This document shows, in pieces, positions 16,944 through 27,614 of a DNA stretch of 64,000 nucleotides (positions are counted from its first letter, which is position 1; the number at the start of each line of letters is the position of its first letter). A program made the position numbers and the translations under genes. The notes beneath the pieces were generated by a model, which ran no database searches, was not told where the DNA came from, and worked only from the letters and a program-made list of their open reading frames with translations. Source of the DNA: a virus; IMG/VR virus record IMGVR_UViG_3300045684_000009, positions 1 to 64,000 of that record. One strand, given 5' to 3'.

Positions 16944-17288
16944 ATGAATTATTTTGATAAAACAACATTTGATTTAGGAGATGTTAGATCTGACGAAGTT
17001 GTAGATTTTGAATTTAAATTTGTAAAAGAACACGCACCTATTGAGTATTGTCATACAGGTTGTTCGTGTACTAAACTTGATGAATTCCCTGTTGACTCTG
17101 TAAAAGGTACAGTTGATGTATCAGCTACAGGATATAAGGCAAGAAATAATCAAGTGTATAGAGTTATTAATGTGATGTTCGACGATGGGTTGCCTGAATA
17201 CGTTGCAAACGACGTAGGTAAAGCGATTAGGAATCCTAAAAAGTTGACTGAGAAATTGGTAATTATAGGAAACGTTATAGATAAATAA
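16944..17288 (+). CDS. DUF1573-like Ig-fold protein
   Basis: FDLGDV...FEFKF...GCSCT motif. Confidence 0.65.
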   Translation: MNYFDKTTFDLGDVRSDEVVDFEFKFVKEHAPIEYCHTGCSCTKLDEFPVDSVKGTVDVSATGYKARNNQVYRVINVMFDDGLPEYVANDVGKAIRNPKKLTEKLVIIGNVIDK

Positions 17289-17359
17289 ATCCCACCCTTT
17301 TAACCTTACCTCGATGTTGGGAGATATCCTCAATCTTCCAACATCACATTTTTTATATA

Positions 17360-17602
17360 ATGAGTGAAGACATAAGTAAAATAATACGATTAATCGAAGA
17401 TTCGTATTTAGAATATAATGTAGGCGATGTAGTCTACTCTTCCATCGATAGTAAATTCGGAACTGGTAAAGTTTTAAATTGGCGATTGTTTGGAGAAGAT
17501 AGGTCGGTTGAATACTTAGTAAGTTTTGGACCAGGTACTTCGTTGTACCTCTGTCCTTTAGAAATATCTAAAGAAAAACCAGTAGATAATTCTCTTTTTT
17601 AA
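17360..17602 (+). CDS. hypothetical protein (SH3-like)
   Basis: YNVGDVVY...GKV...YLVSF. Confidence 0.6.
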   Translation: MSEDISKIIRLIEDSYLEYNVGDVVYSSIDSKFGTGKVLNWRLFGEDRSVEYLVSFGPGTSLYLCPLEISKEKPVDNSLF

Positions 17603-17617
17603 TTAACACAATATAAC

Positions 17618-17911
17618 ATGAAGATACTGATAAGAAGGTCTAAACCTAAATCAACAGAACACGGTTTAGAATATTCAGATGAACCTACTTACTTATCTTT
17701 CTGTAAGCAGTTTAAGAAAACTAGAATTGATAATGGTTGCGCATGTAATGGCGTTGTATCTGAAAACAAATGTCATTTAACAACTGTACCTTTAAAGAAG
17801 TACATACACCCAAGTTTGAAGAATAAAATACCATGTTACACTGGTGATTATTTCGAAGAAAAGGTTAACAATAAAGTTACACTTTCGTGTAATGAATGTC
17901 CAAAGTGTTAA
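17618..17911 (+). CDS. Cys-rich hypothetical protein
   Basis: CAC and C-terminal CNECPKC. Confidence 0.6.
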   Translation: MKILIRRSKPKSTEHGLEYSDEPTYLSFCKQFKKTRIDNGCACNGVVSENKCHLTTVPLKKYIHPSLKNKIPCYTGDYFEEKVNNKVTLSCNECPKC

Positions 17912-17931
17912 ATATTTATAATGAAGTTTTT

Positions 17932-17959
17932 GCGCCTATAGAGATATAGGCGTTTTTTA
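17932..17959 (+). terminator. intrinsic terminator
   Basis: GCGCCTATA-GAGA-TATAGGCGT-TTTTT. Confidence 0.7.
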
Positions 17960-17977
17960 TATGCAACAAGTAAGTAA

Positions 17978-18529
17978 ATGAGTAAGTTAAAATTAAGTGA
18001 CATATATTGTCATGTTCGGCAACCAAGGTATCCTAAGAACTTTTGGAAACTTAATCAAGAGTTGTCTAATATAGAACCTTTCTCTACGTTTAAGAAAACA
18101 AGAGATAGTGCTAGTATTATGTTAGCCATCTTTATGGTATACGATCCTAAGTCACAACTTGTGAACTCAGGTTTGTCATTGGAGGACATGAAGAAAGATA
18201 TTGCTGTAAACTTTTTAGAAAAACCTAAATTTGTTTGGTCGGACTACTCTGAGATTATTAATGCGTACAACGATATATCAAAAACTAAAATAGAAAAAGA
18301 ACTTGACAGTTGGTACGAACAACTACAGGAAAGAAAAGAATATTTAGACACATTAGATTGGAACGAAGACCCAGATTTAAAAGAAGGAATGCTGTTAGAC
18401 ACTGATAAGCATTTCGAGAAGTATCAAAACATAGTAAGTGCACTGAAAGAAGAGAGACAGGAGAGATTAATGAAAGGTGGTTATTTACCTTCTTTATTGG
18501 AACTGTGGGCGTTAGAACACGAAGAGTAA
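17978..18529 (+). CDS. terminase-adjacent protein (possible small terminase)
   Basis: 183 aa, helical, stop overlaps TerL ATG; synteny only. Confidence 0.5.
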   Translation: MSKLKLSDIYCHVRQPRYPKNFWKLNQELSNIEPFSTFKKTRDSASIMLAIFMVYDPKSQLVNSGLSLEDMKKDIAVNFLEKPKFVWSDYSEIINAYNDISKTKIEKELDSWYEQLQERKEYLDTLDWNEDPDLKEGMLLDTDKHFEKYQNIVSALKEERQERLMKGGYLPSLLELWALEHEE

Positions 18530-20955
18530 TGAAAGGTAATTGGGAAATACAAACTAAGAGTAATAGTATAGATGGTGCATCGATGGTTAAGTTCGATCAC
18601 TCTATTAGGAAGTTGAAAGTAGGTGATTATGTGGATTACGATTTGTTTCCATATGACATAAAGAATAGATCTAAGTTTTTAATGCATGAGAATCACCCTA
18701 AAAGTCTAAACCCCAGTTCGTTTACTTATAAAAAGTATTGGGAAGATTTTACTATAAAGTGTCTTGAAGGGATGTGGGTGTACGACGAAGGTACTTGGGT
18801 TTACATGATGCCTGAGCTTTTTTATTATATAAACTACACTAAGATAACGGGTAATGCGGATGGTGACGAAGAAGACAGGTCATTTATATCCCCCGATTTA
18901 TCTTCAACTGAGTGGGTTATATTTTCATACATATATGCAGGAGACAGATTTAGTGGTTTCGAGTTAGATGATAAATACACTTGTCACAGGTATGTTGAAT
19001 CAATGTATAACGGTAATGAAATTAATAAATATGATTTAGCAAAAGTAAAAGATACTATTTATCAAAAGAATGGTCAATTGAAAGTGTTTGTAGACCCTTG
19101 GGAATATTTGACTAGATTCTATTTAATAGATAATCCAAGAGGTAATTTAGGAGCACCTTTATATAAAAATCAATTCGAAGATTCATGTATAACGGGTTCG
19201 AGGGGTGTAGCAAAGAGTTATTGTATATATGGTGGTAAATTCCCGCACTCTTGGTCGTTCGGTACAGTAAGAACTAAAGATAAAATACATGAGTGCTGTA
19301 GTAAGAACTTATTTGCAATGGGTTGCGGGCAAAAAGATCCACTAAACAGGTCATTAAAGATAATAAAGGCTTTTTATGATGCGCAACCAGGTCAATATTC
19401 ATTCCCAGACCCTAAAAGACCTAAACATAGAGGGCCGCTTTATAAACGAGTTCAAGGTAATTGGGAGGCGGGTTCAGAGATTGAACATGTAATTAAAGAA
19501 AAGAATGATTCCAAGGCTCTGGTAGGTTCGTCGTTACAAATGAACGTTATAACACCAGATAGGAAAAGAATAGCGGCTGGTGACCGTTTTTTAGGTTTAA
19601 TGTTTGAAGAGGGAGGTTTCTTATCATACCTTCCTGAAGTGTGGGCTGCTAATAGAAACTCGATGGAAGTTAGTGGTGTCAAAGTAGGTAGAGCGTTTGT
19701 TACAGGTACTTCGGGTGATTTGGTGGGTGTAGAGGGTATTAAGAAGCTTATGGAAAATCCGAGAGCTTATAAGATAACTCCTATACCTAATTATTGGAAG
19801 AATCCTGACAAAGAAATAGGTTTGTTTTTGTCAAACTTATACGCGTATCGTAAGTATAAAGACCCACAAGGTAATAGTGATTTAATTGAGGCGTTAAAAC
19901 ATATAGCTGGTAATCGAATAAGGAATTCTGAAACTATGGATTCTCAACAGTTCGATGATTTCATATTATATGAACCTATACACCCAGACGAGATGTTGAG
20001 ACCCAATAAGCGGTCAATACTTCCAGGAAAACAGGCGCAAGAAAGATTAAGTGATATAGATGCTTTTGGATATTACGACTTGAATGCTACAGTTGGTACA
20101 TTTAAGTTTGATAATTCTCAGAAGTACGGTGTAGATTTTGTAAAAGACAATAGTTTAACACCTATTCACGATTACAACATAGATAGGAATAGAATAAAGC
20201 TAGAAGGTGCTGCAGTTGTTTATGAGCACCCAGACGGATACATTCCCGAAAACTTATATTGGGTTATATTTGACCCAGTATCTAAACCAGGCAGGGGTGA
20301 GAGTTTAGATGCATCTTTAAACTCAATTATAGTTTATAAATGGATGTATACAGGACAAAGTAATACGTTAGAAGATAGTATTGTGGCGGAATGGATAGGA
20401 AGGTTAGATAGTTTAGAAGATACTTATGAAATAGTTGTGAAAATGGCTAAGTACTTTAACGCTAAGATATTCCCAGAAACAAATACACCAGGTTTTGTAG
20501 CTTGGTGTAATACTAATTCGTACTCTCACATGTTGCAGAGTGAGGCGGTGATAGCTATAAAAGAGCTGTACCCGAACTACAAACAAAAACTAGGAAAAGT
20601 AGGATTTTCAATATATGGTGAAAAGCTAAAACCTTGGTTGTTATTACGACTGAGACAATGGCTCTTAACCAAAAGAGGATTAGATGAGGACACTGGTGCG
20701 TTCGATTGTTACAATATAGACACCATATTATCTAAACGACTATTAAATGAAATAGTTAATTTTAATGAGGGGGGTAACTTTGACCATATTTCGTCAATGT
20801 TAGGTCTCATGCTTTTAAGAACTCAATTAACAGGCGAACCTCCTAACATAGAGGACGAATCTGTAAGCAATTTAAACATTGGTCAACCGAAGTTTAAAGA
20901 GTTAAAATCTCGGAGAAAGAGAAGGAGTTCTTTTGAGGAAACTTCATACATGTAA
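18505..20955 (+). CDS. terL: terminase large subunit (likely start 18529)
   Basis: Walker A-like GSRGVAKS, Walker B MFEEGG, GTSGD coupling motif, nuclease FDP...ETN...NFDHISS; crAss-like N-terminus. Confidence 0.93.
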   Translation: MGVRTRRVMKGNWEIQTKSNSIDGASMVKFDHSIRKLKVGDYVDYDLFPYDIKNRSKFLMHENHPKSLNPSSFTYKKYWEDFTIKCLEGMWVYDEGTWVYMMPELFYYINYTKITGNADGDEEDRSFISPDLSSTEWVIFSYIYAGDRFSGFELDDKYTCHRYVESMYNGNEINKYDLAKVKDTIYQKNGQLKVFVDPWEYLTRFYLIDNPRGNLGAPLYKNQFEDSCITGSRGVAKSYCIYGGKFPHSWSFGTVRTKDKIHECCSKNLFAMGCGQKDPLNRSLKIIKAFYDAQPGQYSFPDPKRPKHRGPLYKRVQGNWEAGSEIEHVIKEKNDSKALVGSSLQMNVITPDRKRIAAGDRFLGLMFEEGGFLSYLPEVWAANRNSMEVSGVKVGRAFVTGTSGDLVGVEGIKKLMENPRAYKITPIPNYWKNPDKEIGLFLSNLYAYRKYKDPQGNSDLIEALKHIAGNRIRNSETMDSQQFDDFILYEPIHPDEMLRPNKRSILPGKQAQERLSDIDAFGYYDLNATVGTFKFDNSQKYGVDFVKDNSLTPIHDYNIDRNRIKLEGAAVVYEHPDGYIPENLYWVIFDPVSKPGRGESLDASLNSIIVYKWMYTGQSNTLEDSIVAEWIGRLDSLEDTYEIVVKMAKYFNAKIFPETNTPGFVAWCNTNSYSHMLQSEAVIAIKELYPNYKQKLGKVGFSIYGEKLKPWLLLRLRQWLLTKRGLDEDTGAFDCYNIDTILSKRLLNEIVNFNEGGNFDHISSMLGLMLLRTQLTGEPPNIEDESVSNLNIGQPKFKELKSRRKRRSSFEETSYM

Positions 20956-20965
20956 AGTTTAAACA

Positions 20966-23470
20966 ATGGGTATTTTCAGAAGTCAATATAATTACGACAA
21001 GGATGGATATAAAGCCAGACTTACTAGAAAACAGAAAGAAAAATCTAATTTTTCTGCGATGTTGGACAGGATGGATTGGTACGATATAGGGCAGTTCAGT
21101 GATTTTAGAGATAAGAATAGAATAAAGAAATTCAACATAAATTATGGATTAATGGAAGGCATCTTGGATGTTGAACTCTATGATGATCCATTGTGTTTCG
21201 AAGTGGGCGGTCAAGAAGTAAGTTTCGATTATCAATCTGTGTCTCATTATCCTTTAATATCTCAGGTCGCTAAAACCGTAATAGGTGAAGAATCTAGTAA
21301 GGTGTTTAAACCTATGATTAAAGATAACACACCAGAAAAGCAAACATATTTTAAGAAAGAAGCTGCAAGTAGAATAGACTCATATCTTTCTGCACTTTTA
21401 AATCAGAGTAGACAGACCATAACTCAAAACTTATTAAAACAGTCGGGGATTGAAGACCCTTACAGTCTCAGCCCTGAGCAACAAATGGAGCTACAAAAAG
21501 AAGTAGAGAACCAGATGTTAAAAGAGAGTCCAGAGTCTATAGTAGATTTTATGAAGTATGATTTCCAAACTCCTACGGCGAAGCAAGCTCAAAAGATGTT
21601 GGATTACCTTGTAGAATATCATGACATCAAGTTTAAGAACACTTTAGGATTCAAACATGCTGTATGTACTGCAGAAGAATATTATTATGAAGGTGCTAGA
21701 AACGGTGAGTTAGTATTCGAAGAAGTGTCCCCTATGTACTTTAATTGGGGTGGTTCTTTAGGTGTAGAGTGGTCACAACACGGAACGTGGGCTAAAAGAG
21801 AGAAGTGGTTGACGTATCAAGATGTCACACAGAGACACGCTATGCATTTAAGTGAAAGAGACTTAAAAGACTTAGACTTTTATCATGAACCTTTTGGTGG
21901 GTTTTCTGGGCAGGATATATTTGATACTCCTTACCACAGAAAGATGCAATACGAGTATGGGAAAAATCCAGAGTGGCAAAAGAAATACGGAGACATAAAT
22001 ATAAAGACTAAAGAAGGACAGAGACAAATGCTCGACATGTATTCTGAAGTGTACGATCGCGATTTGTTTGGACATAAAGATGAAAGTAGCATAATAGGTT
22101 CTCAAACTTTTGGAATTAGAGAAGCACACATAGTGTGGCGAGACAAACGAATATTAAAGAAAGTAAAAAGAATAGTAAACGACGAATTAAAGACATTTTA
22201 CTTAGATGAGTTCTATGAAGACAGACCAGAAGACTTTGAAGTAGAAAAGATATGGGTTGATGAGATTTGGGAGGGGTATAAGTTAGGAACATATGAAGCA
22301 AAATATGTGAACGTAAGACCTATACCTTATCAATATAAATCTTTAGATAACCCTTTCGATGTTGACTTACCTTATTACGGTAAGAGATATAATGTGAACA
22401 ACGACATAACAAAGAATGTATCTTTGGTAGATTTAGGTAAGACATTTAATAAAGATTTCGATATAACTATGTCTAGTTTAAAACACGACATGGCTACCAA
22501 TCACGGTAAGAAATTATTAATTACATTAAACGCTAAACCTGAAGAATACAGCATGCAAGAGTGGATGGATTTGATTAGAAATAGTCCTTTCATCCCTGTA
22601 GATTTCTCTAAGAAAGGTTTGAATCAGTTAGATTTCCAATTTTCGAAAGAAGTTGATTTGAGCAAGATGTCTGACATAGCTGGTAAGATTAACATGTTAC
22701 AACTATTTAGAGATGGCGTGGCGTGGTCTATGTATTTCAGTAACTCGAGACTCGGTTCTCAAGGCCAGTACGCAAATACTACAAACATACAAAGCAGTCA
22801 AGAGGCGTCTTACAATCAAACGGCTCTATTTAGTGAACAACATAGGTTGGTTATGGAAAAAGCTCTCCAAGCGTTCCTAAACTATGCTAGATTCTATTAT
22901 AAGGATAACTTAGATAAAGCTAAAGTATTCTTAGATGATGTGTCGTTAGCCGAGTTAGCTACAGGTCCGTACACTTCGTATAATAGAATGGGAGTTAGTT
23001 TAAGTAATTCTGCAGCAGAAATACAAAAGTTATCAATATTGAAACAACAAGCTTTAACATTGATTCAGAACGGTAGCAATCCTGAAAGTGTATTGAAGAT
23101 GATATTAGCAGATTCTGAAACAGAAGTTCAAGAGTTAATTAGAAAAGAATCTAAGAATATAGAGATGCAAAGAGCAGAAAATATTAAAATTCAACAAGAT
23201 CAATTTAATGCGACTATGCAACAGCAACAACAAGCCGCCGCAGAGAAACTTCAGATGGAATATAAGATGCACCAAGAGAAGCTTCAAAACAATACGCAGA
23301 ATACTATAATCGATAGTCAGAAGTTTGCTAACCAACAAGATATTGATAAAAATGGTCAAAACGATCTTTTAACTGGTAAACTTGTTGAAATAGATTCTAA
23401 ACTTAAGATGCATAATGACAAAATGCTCTTAGAGAAGGAAAAGTTAGAACTTCAACGTAAATTAAAATAA
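20966..23470 (+). CDS. portal protein
   Basis: 834 aa directly after TerL, HYPLI and WEG motifs, Q-rich C-terminal coil; crAss-like synteny. Confidence 0.88.
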   Translation: MGIFRSQYNYDKDGYKARLTRKQKEKSNFSAMLDRMDWYDIGQFSDFRDKNRIKKFNINYGLMEGILDVELYDDPLCFEVGGQEVSFDYQSVSHYPLISQVAKTVIGEESSKVFKPMIKDNTPEKQTYFKKEAASRIDSYLSALLNQSRQTITQNLLKQSGIEDPYSLSPEQQMELQKEVENQMLKESPESIVDFMKYDFQTPTAKQAQKMLDYLVEYHDIKFKNTLGFKHAVCTAEEYYYEGARNGELVFEEVSPMYFNWGGSLGVEWSQHGTWAKREKWLTYQDVTQRHAMHLSERDLKDLDFYHEPFGGFSGQDIFDTPYHRKMQYEYGKNPEWQKKYGDINIKTKEGQRQMLDMYSEVYDRDLFGHKDESSIIGSQTFGIREAHIVWRDKRILKKVKRIVNDELKTFYLDEFYEDRPEDFEVEKIWVDEIWEGYKLGTYEAKYVNVRPIPYQYKSLDNPFDVDLPYYGKRYNVNNDITKNVSLVDLGKTFNKDFDITMSSLKHDMATNHGKKLLITLNAKPEEYSMQEWMDLIRNSPFIPVDFSKKGLNQLDFQFSKEVDLSKMSDIAGKINMLQLFRDGVAWSMYFSNSRLGSQGQYANTTNIQSSQEASYNQTALFSEQHRLVMEKALQAFLNYARFYYKDNLDKAKVFLDDVSLAELATGPYTSYNRMGVSLSNSAAEIQKLSILKQQALTLIQNGSNPESVLKMILADSETEVQELIRKESKNIEMQRAENIKIQQDQFNATMQQQQQAAAEKLQMEYKMHQEKLQNNTQNTIIDSQKFANQQDIDKNGQNDLLTGKLVEIDSKLKMHNDKMLLEKEKLELQRKLK

Positions 23471-23541
23471 GAAAATATCAAATAAGCATTTTTAAATTTA
23501 GAACTAGACAATTATATCGTTTAAAATAAATATATATAGTA

Positions 23542-23549
23542 TATATTTG
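23542..23549 (+). promoter_or_regulatory. -7 box TATATTTG upstream of scaffold/MCP
   Basis: consensus match in intergenic gap. Confidence 0.65.
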
Positions 23550-23582
23550 TCGAGTATTTTTAGCAAGTAAATAAAGTAAGTT

Positions 23583-24884
23583 ATGAGTAATAAGAGCACT
23601 GACCCTTTCGCTGCAGTTACTGTAGTAGATCAAGTTCGAGAAAGCGAAGAAACTAAAATCACAGGTTTGAGAGATTCGGATGGTAAGATAGACCTATTCG
23701 GAAAAGAACCTATTCAAGAAATCGATTCAGTAAAAGAAGTCGAAGACGTTGATAACGATACCGACGATGTTGATGATGAAGAAGTAATTGTAGGTGACGT
23801 TTTTGAAGAAAAAAACACAGATGAAGAAGAAGAGGAGGATTTTGAGGAAGAGAAAGAAGAAGATAATGACGAAGATGATGATTCCGAAGAAGGACAAGCT
23901 GAAGACGGCGAACATGAAGACGAAGAAGTAGATGATGTCAATTTACACTATCACATCGCTAAAGAATTAAAACGCGATGGTTTTGTTTCTGATGATTTCG
24001 AAATAGACGAAGAGACGACATTACACGATGTGTACTCTCATTTAAAAGACAATTTACAAGAGTCTGTAGTTGAAGAACTACAAACACAAGCATATAATCA
24101 ACTAATAGAGTTGGGATATAATGACCAAGATTTAAAGTTTGCAAAGCTTATCAGAAGTGGTGTGGACATGAATATGTTGTCAGATATATCTAGATACGAA
24201 TCTTTATCTAATATTAAACCCGATGAAGCTCCTCAAGATGCGTTAGAGTCGCTTATTCAAGAATATTACAAGGATAGGAAGTGGAACGCTGATGAAATTA
24301 GTGAGAAGTTGGAGGATTTAAAATTAGATGATAACATGCTAGATGTGGCGGAGAAAGCTAAGAAGTATTTCAAATCTAAATACGCCACTACACTAGAAAA
24401 CCACGAAGCTACTGCAGCACAACAACGCGCACATCAAGAGGCTTTACAAAAGCAAAGACTTCAATATGTAGAAGAGTTGTTAGATAAAGGTGACTTGTTA
24501 GGTGAAAAGATAACAAACAAAGCTTCTTTTAAAAAGGCATTGTATCAACAAACACATGTAGCAGAGATAGGAGGTAAAGAATATCCTGTTTCAGAATACC
24601 AATTGTTTGCATTAAACTTTCAGAATGACCCTTCTGTGGCATTGTGGGCGTTTAACCAATGGAAAAATAAAGGAGAGAACAATAAGACAGTTAAAAAAGA
24701 AGCCAAAGCTGAAGCTGAGACTGAATTATTCACAGGTTTGAAGAAGATATATACGAAAAGTAAAGGAAAGACCGTAACTAGAGGTCCATCCAAATCTAAA
24801 AAAACAAAAACTAGTAAAAGTACTGATAAGCCAAGAACTGAAACAGGTAGACTAATTCGTCAACTTAGAGGTGGTGGGGCTTAA
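23583..24884 (+). CDS. probable capsid scaffolding protein
   Basis: very acidic N-half, helical middle, basic C-tail; between portal and MCP. Confidence 0.7.
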   Translation: MSNKSTDPFAAVTVVDQVRESEETKITGLRDSDGKIDLFGKEPIQEIDSVKEVEDVDNDTDDVDDEEVIVGDVFEEKNTDEEEEEDFEEEKEEDNDEDDDSEEGQAEDGEHEDEEVDDVNLHYHIAKELKRDGFVSDDFEIDEETTLHDVYSHLKDNLQESVVEELQTQAYNQLIELGYNDQDLKFAKLIRSGVDMNMLSDISRYESLSNIKPDEAPQDALESLIQEYYKDRKWNADEISEKLEDLKLDDNMLDVAEKAKKYFKSKYATTLENHEATAAQQRAHQEALQKQRLQYVEELLDKGDLLGEKITNKASFKKALYQQTHVAEIGGKEYPVSEYQLFALNFQNDPSVALWAFNQWKNKGENNKTVKKEAKAEAETELFTGLKKIYTKSKGKTVTRGPSKSKKTKTSKSTDKPRTETGRLIRQLRGGGA

Positions 24885-24921
24885 GATAAATTAATAAATT
24901 AAGAAACTTAACAATTACAAA

Positions 24922-26484
24922 ATGATAGGTAGACATCCTTTCCCTAGTAAATTTATAATCAACGAAGAACAAGCAGGAGCAGAAAAATACTACTCTAAGA
25001 AATTCGATCATGAAGATTTACTTTTAGCATTTGGCGATCACATAAATGATTATACTGACTTAACTCAGTATGCGAAGAATTTATACAATACGTATAGTGT
25101 TACTTTATCCGACACGCACACTCTTTCTCCTTTCTATGATATGTTAGTGGGAACAGGTGGTCGTATTGATACACACGATAACTTCCTTAGATGGAGGATT
25201 TATTCAAAACCAGATAGGCGAGCATTGTCATTAGGTAATCCTAATGATGAAGATGCTTGTTATGGTGCTGACCAGATTACATTCTTGATAAGACTTGACG
25301 TAGATTGGTTTGGTCCATACGATGTTCTTGCACCTCTAGATAATAAGAGATGTCAAGTTGTTGTTGAATCTGAACCTAAATTTGTTGGTGGTGCTTACGA
25401 GTACGAAGTAACATTGTTAGAGAATCCAGAGAATGCAGCTACTTTCCCTGTAGAATATTTGAAAGAAAGTAACTACTTTATTAAACTTATCTCTTTAGGA
25501 TCTGATATAGGTTCAAACGAGAAAGGTACATTACAATTCGGTTTCGATTATTCGTATATCGAGTTTGAAACTACTATGACGACTGCCCAATGGGGATTCG
25601 AGGTAGATAAAGAAGCTCATGAGAAATGGGGTAACCTTGAGATCGCAAGATGCAATGATGACGGTAGACCTGTACCAGGTTCTGCTAAAATCACAAACTT
25701 CCTTGAGATTGAAGGTATGGCTCAGATTGATTATGAAAAAGAGCTTTGGTTAGCGTATGGTACTCAGACTGATTACCGAACTGCTAAATCGACAGGAAAT
25801 AGAATTACAACAGGTCCAGGTTTGTTTGAATTCTTAGAAGAGTCGAATGTTATACCTTACAACCCTAGAGCAAACGGTATTGACAGAATGATTAATGAAA
25901 TCGATGCCATATGGTTCGATAGAATTGCACCAGGAAAGAGAAAATTAGTTCTCTATACAGGTCAAGCTGGGTTGAAGTTATTCCATGATTGGATTGAAGA
26001 GAAATATGGAAATACTGTTGTTGTTACTCCTCACGATTTCGTATTGGGAGAAGGAGCACCAATTAATAACGCTAACGGGAAAGAATATTCTTACGGCGGA
26101 CAGTATTTGTTTACAAAATATAAATTACCAGTGTTTGGTGAAATTAGTGTAGCTCACTGGGAGTTCTTGGATAATACAAGAATTAACACAGTTACATATC
26201 CTAACTCACATTACCCTGTAAGTTCTTACGAATTCTATGCATTTGACATTGGATTTGGAGAGCCTAACGTTAAACTTCTTTATGATTCTAAAGAAGAGAA
26301 TACGTGGATTATGCCAGGATTGTGGTCACCGTTTGGTCCTACGACTTCTAAAAACCCTGTTTACAAACAACCATCAGGAGATAATCCGAAGTGGGGATAT
26401 GATTGGTTTCATAGATGTAAATTCGGATTAGTGATGATGGATCCAAAACGAGCGTTAGTATTTAAACCGAACATTACACAGTAA
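24922..26484 (+). CDS. major capsid protein (HK97 fold, crAss-like)
   Basis: 520 aa after scaffold; E.ELWLAYG, GPGLFEFLE, YTGQAG motifs; followed by terminator. Confidence 0.88.
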   Translation: MIGRHPFPSKFIINEEQAGAEKYYSKKFDHEDLLLAFGDHINDYTDLTQYAKNLYNTYSVTLSDTHTLSPFYDMLVGTGGRIDTHDNFLRWRIYSKPDRRALSLGNPNDEDACYGADQITFLIRLDVDWFGPYDVLAPLDNKRCQVVVESEPKFVGGAYEYEVTLLENPENAATFPVEYLKESNYFIKLISLGSDIGSNEKGTLQFGFDYSYIEFETTMTTAQWGFEVDKEAHEKWGNLEIARCNDDGRPVPGSAKITNFLEIEGMAQIDYEKELWLAYGTQTDYRTAKSTGNRITTGPGLFEFLEESNVIPYNPRANGIDRMINEIDAIWFDRIAPGKRKLVLYTGQAGLKLFHDWIEEKYGNTVVVTPHDFVLGEGAPINNANGKEYSYGGQYLFTKYKLPVFGEISVAHWEFLDNTRINTVTYPNSHYPVSSYEFYAFDIGFGEPNVKLLYDSKEENTWIMPGLWSPFGPTTSKNPVYKQPSGDNPKWGYDWFHRCKFGLVMMDPKRALVFKPNITQ

Positions 26485-26533
26485 GAAATAGGTGGCTTCA
26501 CCTTCGGGCGTCGCTATTCTTAGGAACGGTTTT

Positions 26534-26566
26534 GAACGTTGTACCTTAAACAACGTTCGCTTTTTT
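26534..26566 (+). terminator. intrinsic terminator after MCP
   Basis: GAACGTTGT-loop-ACAACGTTC-GC-TTTTTT. Confidence 0.65.
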
Positions 26567-26597
26567 AAGTAAGTAAGATAAAAAAATATAGAAAGGT

Positions 26598-27614
26598 ATG
26601 TCAAGTACACCAGATATTAGAATACTACAAAGACTGTCAGAAGGTTTAGGTAGTATAAAAGGTATTAGAGGTTCTGTTAGAGAATATGGAACGAATTCAG
26701 TAAATAGACAAGAAGACGGTGTAGATTTGGGAGGTTTTAAATCCAGGTCTTTACACGGAGCTAAACAATATTTACAACTTTGGTGGTCTAAATTAGATGA
26801 CGCATGGTATTGGGGGTCTACAGATCAAGAGCTTCAAGAGATGGTTACTAAATTAAGACTAAAAGGTAATAAGGGTTCACCCGAAGCAGGTAAAATTATT
26901 ACTTCTGCTGATAGGTACGATTTCGATGACCCATTTTTTAACAATGAATTCTGGTATGGCAGACGATGGATGGAGGGCGGTAGAGTCGTATTCAACATCG
27001 TAAAACCCGAAGATAATGTTTTTTATTTAGCTTATAAAGCTAACAGAGATGTCATTGATAGGTCTAATGAAGATCAAAACAGTGTATTTACTGCAGGTGC
27101 TCGATTTGAGTTAATTTCTCCTAGAATTGCTGCGGCTAAAAAAGCCACAGAATATAAAACAGAAGCAGATGCTACTGTTGCATTAGTCAGTATGACTTTT
27201 GAGAAAAGAAAACTTATTGCTGAGATTATGCAGTTAAGCAAAGTTGATTGGAAACAGATTGATCCTGACAGATTGTTGGTCAACATGATGGATGAAATAG
27301 TCAAGGAAGGTGATAAAGCAGTGAAAAGATATGGAGGTAAAACTTCATTAGCATATTTTAATGCCCTCGTTTCTTTAGATGACGCTTCTCTATACTTGAG
27401 ACATAAAGTCGTTCAAGCTAAGAAGAAAGGGATTTTAAGAAATAAAGGAAATCACTGGCAGTTTAATACTGGCACGTCAAACTTACCTGACAAAATAAAC
27501 GTCGCAATAAATGATGCAGCTCTTGTTAAATTCTTCGAAGACGATGTTAACTCTGATTACTATGTGGAGTTAGTTCACCAACTAGAACAGCGAGAGAAGT
27601 CAAAAACTAAATAA
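26598..27614 (+). CDS. conserved crAss-like protein downstream of MCP
   Basis: 338 aa, synteny with crAss-like head module. Confidence 0.7.
   Translation: MSSTPDIRILQRLSEGLGSIKGIRGSVREYGTNSVNRQEDGVDLGGFKSRSLHGAKQYLQLWWSKLDDAWYWGSTDQELQEMVTKLRLKGNKGSPEAGKIITSADRYDFDDPFFNNEFWYGRRWMEGGRVVFNIVKPEDNVFYLAYKANRDVIDRSNEDQNSVFTAGARFELISPRIAAAKKATEYKTEADATVALVSMTFEKRKLIAEIMQLSKVDWKQIDPDRLLVNMMDEIVKEGDKAVKRYGGKTSLAYFNALVSLDDASLYLRHKVVQAKKKGILRNKGNHWQFNTGTSNLPDKINVAINDAALVKFFEDDVNSDYYVELVHQLEQREKSKTK

Noticed and set aside
18505-26484. Introns or inteins in TerL, portal or MCP
   Set aside because: Frames are continuous, sizes are ordinary, and no intein or endonuclease motifs were seen
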